Of a stretch of 39,775 nucleotides of DNA, positions 7,277-14,240 are shown piece by piece (the first letter of the stretch is position 1; every line of letters starts with the position of its first letter). The notes below the pieces were generated by a model. That model worked only from the letters and a program-made list of their open reading frames with translations, searched no databases and was not told the DNA's origin. The stretch is from a virus, in the IMG/VR virus record IMGVR_UViG_3300044545_000032. One strand, written 5' to 3'. The position numbers and the translations under genes were made by a program.

Positions 7277-7277
7277 T

Positions 7278-7297
7278 TTACGCTACTTTTACGCTAC
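7278..7297 (+). repeat. Arm-type integrase site candidates, left arm: TTACGCTAC x2, 11-bp phasing
   Basis: Direct repeats at 7278-7286 and 7289-7297. The same motif recurs on the other side of the core. Confidence 0.55.
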
Positions 7298-7337
7298 CTT
7301 GCTAAAATTCTTTGATTTTATGCATATTTTATACTCT

Positions 7338-7382
7338 CTCTTAATCAGGGTGTCCAGGGTTCGAGTCCCTGATGGCCCACCA
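7338..7382 (+). other. attP core: 3' portion of a tRNA-Lys(CUU) gene (anticodon loop to CCA)
   Basis: The segment reads CTCTTAA, TCAGG, GTGTC, CAGGG, TTCGAGT, CCCTG, ATGGCCC, A, CCA. These parse as anticodon loop, stem, variable loop, T-arm, acceptor stem and CCA. It closely parallels Bacillus tRNA-Lys. The 5' half of the tRNA is absent (upstream ACTCT cannot pair with TCAGG). Confidence 0.75.
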
Positions 7383-7397
7383 TCTCAAAATGTAGGA

Positions 7398-7430
7398 AAA
7401 CCGCCATTTTAGGCGGTTTCTTTGCGTTTA
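7398..7430 (+). terminator. Hairpin terminator downstream of the tRNA fragment; also placed to end int transcription from the opposite strand
   Basis: Stem AAACCGCC / GGCGGTTT, loop ATTTTA, with T-rich flanks on both strands. Confidence 0.6.
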
Positions 7431-7486
7431 AGATATTTTTTTATGTCAATTCGATTTTGCTGTGTTTCGCTCTGTTGCGCTGTGTT

Positions 7487-7506
7487 TTACGTTACTTTTA
7501 CGTTAC
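7487..7506 (+). repeat. Arm-type integrase site candidates, right arm: TTACGTTAC x2, 11-bp phasing
   Basis: Direct repeats at 7487-7495 and 7498-7506, in the same orientation as the left-arm pair. They overlap the int stop codon and last codons. Confidence 0.55.
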
Positions 7507-8608
7507 TTTTTTGAATGGTGAAAAATTCATAGTCTGGAAAAATTGTATTTTCCTTAAGCCATTCTGTAGTATAGTGCGAATAGTTCGCGTCGGTTAACCC
7601 TTTTAAGGAATGGCCGCCTTGAAGATCAACCACGCGCCGATCAGGATTGACTTCGCGCATCAAGGTGAACCATGTGTGACGCAACTCGCCGGGGAGCAGC
7701 GCCGGAATGCTGGGATAAGCATCTGAAAAATCCGCTATAAATTTTTTCCACGGTCCGCGCGTCCATGCCCGGGGTCCCATGAAGTCCCGACGGCTGCGGT
7801 TTGAATGTGGTGGAAAAAGGAAAGTGCCTTTGTGCCCGTTCACGCGCCCGTTGAGATAGAAAAGTGCATCAGGGTCAAGCAAGATGGTTCGCAAAGCCGT
7901 TGCTGTTTTGCCGGCGGTTTTAACTTCCGGATAACCGGCGGCATCGGTGATAGTCCGGTGCAGGGTGAGTGTGCCTTGGGAAAAGTCAAAATCGGAAGCG
8001 GGTTTAATGCCTATCATCTCGGACGGGCGCAAGCCAGTGTGGAGCAGGATATATGCGCCCAAACCGTGAGGGTGCTGCTTTGCGAACTCGGAAAATATTT
8101 TCGCCTGTTCGATGGTGTACGCGCGTTTTTGTTTTGGCTGTGTGCCACCTGTCACCCGGTAGGACCGCACCGGGTTGTGAAAAATGTGGCCGTTATCACA
8201 CGCCGCTTTCATGATGGCCGAAAAGGTGTTGCGGACTTTTCGCAACATAGAAGGTGAGTAGTTCGTACCGTCCGACTTTTTAAATTTTGCGAAAAATTGG
8301 CGCACATGTGTCGGCTTTATGGATTGAATCGGAATTTTCCCAAAGTGTTTGTTTAGGTAGTCGATGGCCAGTTCGTAGCCGTTTAGGGTGGCGGCGCTTA
8401 GGCCGTTGTTTGCCGGATAAAGTTTAAACCACTCTTCGGCCCAATCGCGAAACAGGATCACATGCTCAATTTCTGGGCTGTTCAAATCCTGCAAAAATTT
8501 GTTGGCCTTTTCGCGGGCAATGCGCTTTGTTTTGCCGTAAAAACTTTTTTGCCGGCGGATGCCATCAAGATCGGTGTAATTTAATATATATCTATATTTA
8601 CTCGCCAT
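7487..8608 (-). CDS. int: Tyrosine recombinase / phage integrase
   Basis: 373 aa. N-terminal SAM-like domain. C-terminal HTGLRPSE, LRHTWFT and GHS...YSHY motifs (R..HxxR..Y). Adjacent to the tRNA-derived attP. Confidence 0.92.
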   Translation of the reverse strand: MASKYRYILNYTDLDGIRRQKSFYGKTKRIAREKANKFLQDLNSPEIEHVILFRDWAEEWFKLYPANNGLSAATLNGYELAIDYLNKHFGKIPIQSIKPTHVRQFFAKFKKSDGTNYSPSMLRKVRNTFSAIMKAACDNGHIFHNPVRSYRVTGGTQPKQKRAYTIEQAKIFSEFAKQHPHGLGAYILLHTGLRPSEMIGIKPASDFDFSQGTLTLHRTITDAAGYPEVKTAGKTATALRTILLDPDALFYLNGRVNGHKGTFLFPPHSNRSRRDFMGPRAWTRGPWKKFIADFSDAYPSIPALLPGELRHTWFTLMREVNPDRRVVDLQGGHSLKGLTDANYSHYTTEWLKENTIFPDYEFFTIQKSNVKVT

Positions 8609-8729
8609 TTTTCCATCCTTTTTTTTAGATTTTGGGCGTAAAAATGCCCGGGCATTGAAAATCCCCGGGATGGATGGTAAAATATAGTTGTGAACCGTGT
8701 ATTCCTGCCATCCAGCGGGGATATGCTGG

Positions 8730-8765
8730 CCGCCCCGGTGTTGGTGGCACTGGGGCGGTTTTTTT
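8730..8765 (+). terminator. Strong intrinsic terminator oriented on the + strand, between int and hicB
   Basis: An 11-bp stem CCGCCCCGGTG / CACTGGGGCGG followed by T7 on the + strand. On the - strand no U-tract follows the hairpin. Confidence 0.6.
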
Positions 8766-9180
8766 ATTGTGCAATATGCAATTTTTCAATTAATGCGTCT
8801 TGCAAAACTTGTGAAAAATTCAAATTATGATCGGACGCGGTGGCTTCCAGCCATGCCGGAATGGTTAAATTTTTCTTGACTGTTTGCTTTCCATATCGCC
8901 TTGAATACTCCGCAATATCTAAAACGATAAACTGGACAAATCCGTTTAGGCCGATATTCTCATCGGGTTCGATAACGCCGCGAGCACTTGGCGGGGGAAC
9001 GGGGCGTTTATCTTCCAATTCTCCCAAAATCCAGCCGCCGGCTGCGTCTTCGGCCATCCGGATTGCATCTGCCATACTTTCCCCCTCGGTGGTGCAGCCC
9101 GGAAGATCGGGAACTTCAACAGTGTATCCGCCGCTGTCATTTGGATAAAAAACAGCGGGATAAGCAATTCTATTTGCCAT
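8764..9180 (-). CDS. hicB: HicB-family antitoxin (HicB fold + C-terminal RHH-like domain)
   Basis: YPAVFYPNDSGGYTVEVPDLPGCTTEGESMADAIRMAEDA is the canonical HicB N-terminus. RBS AGGAG. Directly downstream of hicA. Confidence 0.85.
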   Translation of the reverse strand: MANRIAYPAVFYPNDSGGYTVEVPDLPGCTTEGESMADAIRMAEDAAGGWILGELEDKRPVPPPSARGVIEPDENIGLNGFVQFIVLDIAEYSRRYGKQTVKKNLTIPAWLEATASDHNLNFSQVLQDALIEKLHIAQ

Positions 9181-9215
9181 AATAAACTCCTATCTATAAA
9201 ATACAAGCAATGGGG

Positions 9216-9401
9216 CTATTTCAGCCCCGCTTGCTTGCGAATACTTTTTACCGTTTGCTTGTCAAGGTCTTTTCCACCGTGATTTGGAATTGTGACCTTT
9301 CCCGGTTTCGTTGGATGCCGGTATTGATAGTGCGATCCGACGGCTTTCACGAAATACCATCCATCCGCTTCAACCATTTTGACAACCTCTCGAAATCTCA
9401 T
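9216..9401 (-). CDS. hicA: HicA-family mRNA interferase toxin (61 aa)
   Basis: MRFREVVKMVEADGWYFVKAVGSHYQYRHPTKPGKVTIPNHGGKDL matches HicA. The start at 9401 follows GGGGGAAAG, so the track start at 9476 is rejected. Confidence 0.85.
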   Translation of the reverse strand: MRFREVVKMVEADGWYFVKAVGSHYQYRHPTKPGKVTIPNHGGKDLDKQTVKSIRKQAGLK

Positions 9402-9422
9402 CTTTCCCCCTTTCTTGATTAT

Positions 9423-9473
9423 ATTATACGCATTATACGTATAAAAGTCAAGGGAAAAAATACGTATTATGCG
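9423..9473 (-). promoter_or_regulatory. hicAB promoter (TTGACT-17-TATAAT on the - strand) with flanking 14-bp inverted repeats
   Basis: On + coordinates the -10 is at 9423-9428 and the -35 at 9446-9451. CGCATTATACGTAT (9429-9442) and ATACGTATTATGCG (9460-9473) form an imperfect inverted repeat bracketing the -35. Confidence 0.6.
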
Positions 9474-9518
9474 CATTTTTTATCGAGTGTATTTTTAAAT
9501 TGTAAAAAATATTTTGTA

Positions 9519-10349
9519 TTAACTGATCATGATTAAAATATCCATGTTGACGCGTTCTCTTTCTGTCATGTCGCTAATATCTTCTAATTCTTTTCGGAGT
9601 GAAACTATTTTAACGTCATACCCTTCTTTTACAAAATTCAAAACCTTATTGCTAATGGATTTTTTTAAAAAACCTATTTGATCTCCTGAACGCGAAGACC
9701 ATATTTCATAGCGTTCATGTTCTTCATCGTATTCACCTGATAAAATTTCGCCATTATAGGTCATCCAAGCATTTTCTTCCATTTCTCTTGAATGCCCGGA
9801 CAATCGAATAATTTCATAAAAATCAAAAGATTGGCAGGTTTGATAAAAAGCGAGCCCAATTGTAGCGACTGTTTTTTCTTTGTTTATTTTATAAATCCAT
9901 GCGACGACCGAACGGCTTGCATTTATAAAGTCGCAAATCATCCGGTAAAATTGCTGCCCTTCAAATATTGAACCTAAATAATACCTTTGATCATCTGATG
10001 CATGAAAAAATAATTCAATTTCTTTATCGCTTTGTACAGCATCTAAGACTGATCCAGCATAAATTTGTGGCAGATAATTTTTCGTGCATTTACGAGTATC
10101 GATCTGAACGTCGTTATATATATATCTTAATTTTTCGCTGTCAATTTCAATTGGAAAATCTTCAATCTCAAAACTTTTCTTTGAATGTAACATTTCAATT
10201 TTTTGTGGTTCTGTGTCTTTTTTCGGTGGTTCAGCCTGCATTTGTTGTTGATCTGTCTGCGGGTTTTGAACACTTTTTTTAGTACTTTTTGATGAAATGG
10301 CAGCAACAATCACAAATAAAATGATAACCAGAAATAATAACGCAACCAT
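9519..10349 (-). CDS. N-terminally membrane-anchored orphan protein (276 aa), co-transcribed with cI; candidate superinfection-exclusion or abortive-infection factor
   Basis: RBS AGGAGG in the 17-nt gap after the cI stop. TM segment VALLFLVIILFVIVAAISS, a Q/P/K-rich linker, then two similar soluble modules. Confidence 0.7.
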   Translation of the reverse strand: MVALLFLVIILFVIVAAISSKSTKKSVQNPQTDQQQMQAEPPKKDTEPQKIEMLHSKKSFEIEDFPIEIDSEKLRYIYNDVQIDTRKCTKNYLPQIYAGSVLDAVQSDKEIELFFHASDDQRYYLGSIFEGQQFYRMICDFINASRSVVAWIYKINKEKTVATIGLAFYQTCQSFDFYEIIRLSGHSREMEENAWMTYNGEILSGEYDEEHERYEIWSSRSGDQIGFLKKSISNKVLNFVKEGYDVKIVSLRKELEDISDMTERERVNMDILIMIS

Positions 10350-10366
10350 AATATTACCTCCTAAAT

Positions 10367-11029
10367 TTAAAAACTACGTCGTAATTCTATAACTTTCCCC
10401 ACAATCGCAACCGGCAATTCGGTAACTTCTTGTGGTGTAAAAAACATTGGTTCATAGGCAGGATTACGAGAGATTAAAGTTATTCCCTCAGGCGATTTCT
10501 TGAGTTTTTTACATACACCTTCATCTCCGTTTATAGTGACGATCACGATCTCGTCATTTTCAGCATCCGGCTGCTGCCGGACGATAACCACGTCCTTATT
10601 CTTAATATCCGGCGCCATGGAATCACCCTTGATTTTAAGTCCGAAATATTCGCCGCGGACTGCCATTTCTTTTGGGATTTCTTCCCAATCAATAATTTCT
10701 TCAATGGCATCAATCGGAACGCCAGCCGCTACGTAGCCAAGCACCGGGATGCGAACGCCTTTATGCTTTTCAAATGTGATCGGCTTCGCGTTATCGGATC
10801 GCGCTATTTTTGGTGAATCTTCGATGAGGTCGGATTTTTCAATACCAAAATAATTGGCCATAAGTTCAATCTTATCTATTCTTGGATAAGTATTTCCCTT
10901 AACCCAGTCTGTGAAAGTGGTGTATTTCACCCCTAAAGCTTCACACATTTCTTTTCTTGTTTTATTGTGTATATCCATATACCGCTGGATATTTTTTGCC
11001 ATTATTTTTTTGTTACCGAGGTTGCTCAT
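10367..11029 (-). CDS. cI: cI-type repressor: XRE HTH + S24 (LexA-like) autopeptidase
   Basis: N-terminal HTH (IQRYMDIHNKTRKEMCEALGVKYTTFTDWVKG). C-terminal GDSMAPDI...K motifs. The start at 11029 follows GAGAGGGA, so the track start at 11152 is rejected. Confidence 0.9.
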   Translation of the reverse strand: MSNLGNKKIMAKNIQRYMDIHNKTRKEMCEALGVKYTTFTDWVKGNTYPRIDKIELMANYFGIEKSDLIEDSPKIARSDNAKPITFEKHKGVRIPVLGYVAAGVPIDAIEEIIDWEEIPKEMAVRGEYFGLKIKGDSMAPDIKNKDVVIVRQQPDAENDEIVIVTINGDEGVCKKLKKSPEGITLISRNPAYEPMFFTPQEVTELPVAIVGKVIELRRSF

Positions 11030-11060
11030 TTTGTCCCTCTCTTCATTAAAGATTATAATC

Positions 11061-11089
11061 ATTGTACGACATTGCCGTAAAAAAATCAA
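11061..11089 (-). promoter_or_regulatory. Candidate maintenance promoter for cI (TTGATT-17-TACAAT on the - strand)
   Basis: Read on the reverse complement. On + coordinates the -35 is at 11084-11089 and the -10 at 11061-11066. Confidence 0.5.
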
Positions 11090-11168
11090 TATAAAAAATA
11101 AAAAAATACGGTTTTCCCGTTGACAATTCCAAAGAGACAAGCTATAATTCAATTAACGGTTAAACCGT
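11066..11168. promoter_or_regulatory. Three 13-bp operator-like palindromes in the cI/cro switch
   Basis: ACGACATTGCCGT (11066-11078), ACGGTTTTCCCGT (11108-11120) and ACGGTTAAACCGT (11156-11168). All fit ACGnn-N3-nnCGT dyad symmetry. They overlap the two divergent promoters. Confidence 0.55.
11120..11148 (+). promoter_or_regulatory. Early rightward promoter (TTGACA-17-TATAAT)
   Basis: Perfect consensus hexamers at 11120-11125 and 11143-11148, upstream of cro. Confidence 0.75.
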
Positions 11169-11196
11169 AATATGATAAGAAAGGAAACTATCACCG

Positions 11197-11433
11197 ATGG
11201 AATACCAAAATAGAAAGCTGAAACTGTCTGCGGCGCGAATTAATATAGGCATGACGCAATCAGAAGCGGCAAAAGAGCTCGGAATCAGCGTAGAAACGCT
11301 CAGCAATTATGAACGCGGAAAATCTTTTCCAGACGTTCCGATCATCAAGAAAATAGAAGTTCTCTATGGCGTACCTTTCAATGATATTATTTTTTTGCCG
11401 GATGATTACGATAAAACCGTAGAAATGATTTGA
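11197..11433 (+). CDS. cro: Cro-like XRE-family HTH regulator
   Basis: MTQSEAAKELGISVETLSNYERGKSFP is an HTH_3 motif. Divergent from cI. RBS AAAGGAA. Confidence 0.8.
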   Translation: MEYQNRKLKLSAARINIGMTQSEAAKELGISVETLSNYERGKSFPDVPIIKKIEVLYGVPFNDIIFLPDDYDKTVEMI

Positions 11434-11519
11434 CCACCGACACGGCGGCGGGTGAAATGATTTGACAGAAAGGAAAAATATTGTGTGAGAAAGTGAAAAA
11501 ACATACAACAGGAAAGAGA

Positions 11520-11798
11520 ATGATGAACAATTTAAAAATCTTTAAAAATGAAGAATTTGGCAACCTTCGAGCGATCGAGATTGAAGGCGCACCATGGTTT
11601 GTTGGGAAAGACGTTGCGGAAGCGCTGGGGTACACAGACACCAATCAAGCGATCAGAAAGCATATTGATAATGAGGATAAGCTGAGCCGTCGTTTTGGCG
11701 GGTCAGGTCAAAGACGTGAAATGACGATTATCAACGAATCCGGCCTTTACAGCCTGATCCTCTCCAGTAAGCTTCCGACCGCAAGGCGGTTTAAGTAG
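11520..11798 (+). CDS. Bro-N domain protein (antirepressor N-terminal module), truncated at the FKxWV motif
   Basis: IFKNEEFGNLRAIEIEGAPWFVGKDVAEALGY...INESGLYSLILSSKLPTARRFK followed by a stop. ATG at 11520 after GGAAAGAGA. Confidence 0.7.
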   Translation: MMNNLKIFKNEEFGNLRAIEIEGAPWFVGKDVAEALGYTDTNQAIRKHIDNEDKLSRRFGGSGQRREMTIINESGLYSLILSSKLPTARRFK

Positions 11799-11816
11799 TG
11801 GTGAAGGGAGAAAACA

Positions 11817-12584
11817 ATGACAAATATTCAGATTTTCAAAAATGGAACAATCAATTTACAGATCAAGGAAGTTGACGGAGAAATTTATTTTGACGCCGAA
11901 CAGACAGCGATTGGATTAGGGATTTCGTTCGTTGCCAAAAGTGGCAACGAGGTAGCTCGGTGGGAACGAGTTCGCAAATACTTAAATTCTCCACAAGTGG
12001 AGAAAGGCGACTTCATCACAGAACCGCAATTTTACAAGTTGGCAATTAAAGCTAACAACGAAACTGCAGAGAAATTTCAAAACTGGGTAACGTCCGAAGT
12101 GCTGCCAGCCATCCGAAAACATGGCGCCTACATGACGGACGAAAAAGCTTTTGATGTTGTGCATAACGCAAGCGGGTTAGCCGATCTGCTTCAACAGGCG
12201 GCGGAGCAGTTAAAACAAAAGGACATGCAGATTGAGCGGATGCGCCCAAAGGAAATTTTCAGCGACGCGGTAGCCACTTCGCACACCGACATCCTGATCG
12301 ACGAACTGGCCAAAATCCTCAAAGGAAACGGCATTGAAATCGGGCAGAATCGCCTTTTTGCATGGATGCGGGAAAACGGCTATTTGATCCGGCGAAAGGG
12401 CACGGACTACAACATGCCAACGCAAAGGGCGATGGAAAGTAAGCTGTTTCGTATCAAGGAAACCGCCATCACACACAGCGATAGTCATGTGAGCGTCAGT
12501 AAAACACCGAAGGTCACAGGATCGGGACAAGTTTATTTTGTAAACAAGTTTTTGAAAATGAAAGCACGCGGTGAAATTGCATGA
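11817..12584 (+). CDS. ant: Antirepressor (Bro-N/AntA-like N-terminus + KilAC C-terminal domain)
   Basis: FQNWVTSEVLPAIRKHGAYM marks the Bro-N end. The C-terminal part (LIDELAKILKGNGIEIGQNRLFAWMRENGYLIRR) is KilAC-like. Confidence 0.8.
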   Translation: MTNIQIFKNGTINLQIKEVDGEIYFDAEQTAIGLGISFVAKSGNEVARWERVRKYLNSPQVEKGDFITEPQFYKLAIKANNETAEKFQNWVTSEVLPAIRKHGAYMTDEKAFDVVHNASGLADLLQQAAEQLKQKDMQIERMRPKEIFSDAVATSHTDILIDELAKILKGNGIEIGQNRLFAWMRENGYLIRRKGTDYNMPTQRAMESKLFRIKETAITHSDSHVSVSKTPKVTGSGQVYFVNKFLKMKARGEIA

Positions 12585-12742
12585 TTGAAAAAACAACATT
12601 TTCAAATCCAGCATTTGGTAAGCCGAAAATTCAAATCAGCTTCAAACTGTCGCAAAAAAGTTTTGAAAAATTAAAAAAATCAAAACATTGGGGCTGGGTC
12701 GAACGGTATATCGACTATTTACAAAGAAAGGAAGAACCATGA
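12581..12742 (+). CDS. Small hypothetical protein (53 aa), translationally coupled on both sides
   Basis: My own translation: MIEKTTFSNPAFGKPKIQISFKLSQKSFEKLKKSKHWGWVERYIDYLQRKEEP. ATGA overlaps at both ends. Confidence 0.45.
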   Translation: MIEKTTFSNPAFGKPKIQISFKLSQKSFEKLKKSKHWGWVERYIDYLQRKEEP

Positions 12743-12999
12743 CAAGCAAAGATGCAGCCATCTTGGCGAAAAAGGAAAGAGACACGCATTTTTGGGATGC
12801 CGTTTCGCGAGATAACGCGGCGGTGATCACAGTCGAAGATGCCGCAGACGCGCTGCAAGTAACAGCCAATTCGCTGCGATGTGGGTTGGAAGATGGAACG
12901 CTTTCGACAATTGGCTTCATGCACCGGGGGACGCGAAAGAACAACAGATATTGCGTAATTCTGCGGTCGAAGCTGATCGACTGGTACACGAACAGGTGA
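12739..12999 (+). CDS. Small DNA-binding protein (excisionase-like HTH), function unassigned
   Basis: ITVEDAADALQVTANSLRCGLEDGTL...ILRSKLIDWY resembles the HTH_17 pattern. ATG at 12739 after AAAGGAAGA. Confidence 0.55.
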   Translation: MTSKDAAILAKKERDTHFWDAVSRDNAAVITVEDAADALQVTANSLRCGLEDGTLSTIGFMHRGTRKNNRYCVILRSKLIDWYTNR

Positions 13000-13004
13000 A
13001 AAAT

Positions 13005-13169
13005 ATGAAAAAAAGGACTAAAGAAATGCTGATTTTATCAGCTATTGGCGTGCTGATCGCCGCGATAGTATCAGCAGCTCGCGCACAGCCGGCATTTGGC
13101 GGTGAATTTTGTTTGCCGATCCTGCTGCCGTTCGCGTGGCTATGGTTTTGCCAAATCCGCGACGACTGA
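13005..13169 (+). CDS. Small hydrophobic protein (54 aa, two predicted TM segments)
   Basis: MKKRTKEMLILSAIGVLIAAIVSAA...FCLPILLPFAWLWFC. Internal start chosen within track ORF 12879..13169. Confidence 0.45.
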   Translation: MKKRTKEMLILSAIGVLIAAIVSAARAQPAFGGEFCLPILLPFAWLWFCQIRDD

Positions 13170-13340
13170 AAAGCATAAAAAACCACCATTAGAGGCGGCC
13201 CAAAGTTCAATTACAGTATAGCCCGAACCGCGGGCATTTGTCAAGGTGGCATCAAAACAAGTGTTTTCCTCCTTCAAAACAAAAAACGTCTTTTGGTGTT
13301 TCATACCGCGCCGCCTTGACTTTTTTAGAAAGGATAGAAA

Positions 13341-13523
13341 ATGAAAATTTTGGAAGCAGCTCACCGGCTGCGCGTTTATAAAAAAGCGCATTCACCCTAT
13401 GGCGATGAAGCCTTTGACATTGCCATCGCAGCATTAATGACGCTCGCGAACTGGCAATGCAGTGCAACAATTTACGAAAAGGGAAACGCAAATACAAACA
13501 AAGAAACTCAAAAACGACTTTGA
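13341..13523 (+). CDS. Hypothetical protein (60 aa)
   Basis: RBS AAAGGATAG. Overlaps the next ORF by 62 nt, so one of the two boundaries is uncertain. Confidence 0.4.
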   Translation: MKILEAAHRLRVYKKAHSPYGDEAFDIAIAALMTLANWQCSATIYEKGNANTNKETQKRL

Positions 13524-13794
13524 ATTGGTACGCAACATTTGCAAGGTTATTGAGCCGGATTTTTTCGACGACGAAAACAACGATTGCTATATCAATCGCA
13601 TTACCATCGATAATACCGGCGAAAGGTTGAAACTTTCAATCTGGCTGGCATACGGATTGGATGAATTGGCTGAACAGTATGGCGAACTAATCGAGACGGA
13701 TTACGGTGTAAATGGCGTTAAAATGCGCTTTTTCACACATAAAAAAATGAAATTTTTGAAGGGAGAATGTGGAGATGAACATTTACGAAATTGA
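13462..13794 (+). CDS. Hypothetical protein (110 aa); the start may instead be TTG at 13525
   Basis: Long open frame with acidic content. No clear RBS at either candidate start. Confidence 0.45.
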   Translation: MQQFTKRETQIQTKKLKNDFELVRNICKVIEPDFFDDENNDCYINRITIDNTGERLKLSIWLAYGLDELAEQYGELIETDYGVNGVKMRFFTHKKMKFLKGECGDEHLRN

Positions 13795-14236
13795 CGCAGC
13801 CATCACGGCATGTGTCGATCAAGAGACCGGAGAAATCCTGGACGAGGCGGCGCTTGATGCGCTAGTTATGGAACGCGATAAAAAGATTGAAAATGTTGCG
13901 TGCTGGATCAAGGATTTAAAGGCGGAAAGCAACGCAATCCGCGAAGAGGAAAAGGTGCTTGCTGAACGACGCCACAGTTCCGAAAGCAAAGTAGAAAGCC
14001 TCAAGAAGTGGTTGGCCTACGCGCTTAACGGCGAAAAATTCAAAACCGCAAAAGTGTCTGTTTCATACTGGAAAAGCAAATCGGTACAAGTGACGGATGA
14101 AAAAGCGATTGATGAAAAGTTCTTTATCCCGCAACCGGCAAAGCTTAATAAGAAAATGGTGAGTAAATACCTCAAAGATGGGATGCCCGTTCGCGGATGC
14201 GAATTGGCAGAAAAAACGAGTTTACAAGTGAGGTGA
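13775..14236 (+). CDS. Siphovirus Gp157-family protein
   Basis: IYEIDAAITACVDQETGEI...IENVACWIKDLKAESNAIREEEKVLAERR is the typical Gp157 pattern. Precedes the AAA_24 ATPase, as usual. Confidence 0.75.
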   Translation: MNIYEIDAAITACVDQETGEILDEAALDALVMERDKKIENVACWIKDLKAESNAIREEEKVLAERRHSSESKVESLKKWLAYALNGEKFKTAKVSVSYWKSKSVQVTDEKAIDEKFFIPQPAKLNKKMVSKYLKDGMPVRGCELAEKTSLQVR

Positions 14237-14240
14237 TTGT

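Noticed and set aside
9210-9536. 108-aa + strand ORF antisense to hicA, and 8697..8879 / 8840..9148 + strand ORFs antisense to hicB
   Set aside because: They overlap clearly recognisable hicA and hicB on the - strand, and overlap the terminator hairpin. No RBS.
12642-13497. Minus-strand ORFs 12642..12989, 12917..13210, 13140..13391 and 13252..13497 in the early region
   Set aside because: They lack RBSs and overlap better-supported + strand ORFs. They would oppose the direction of the whole early operon.
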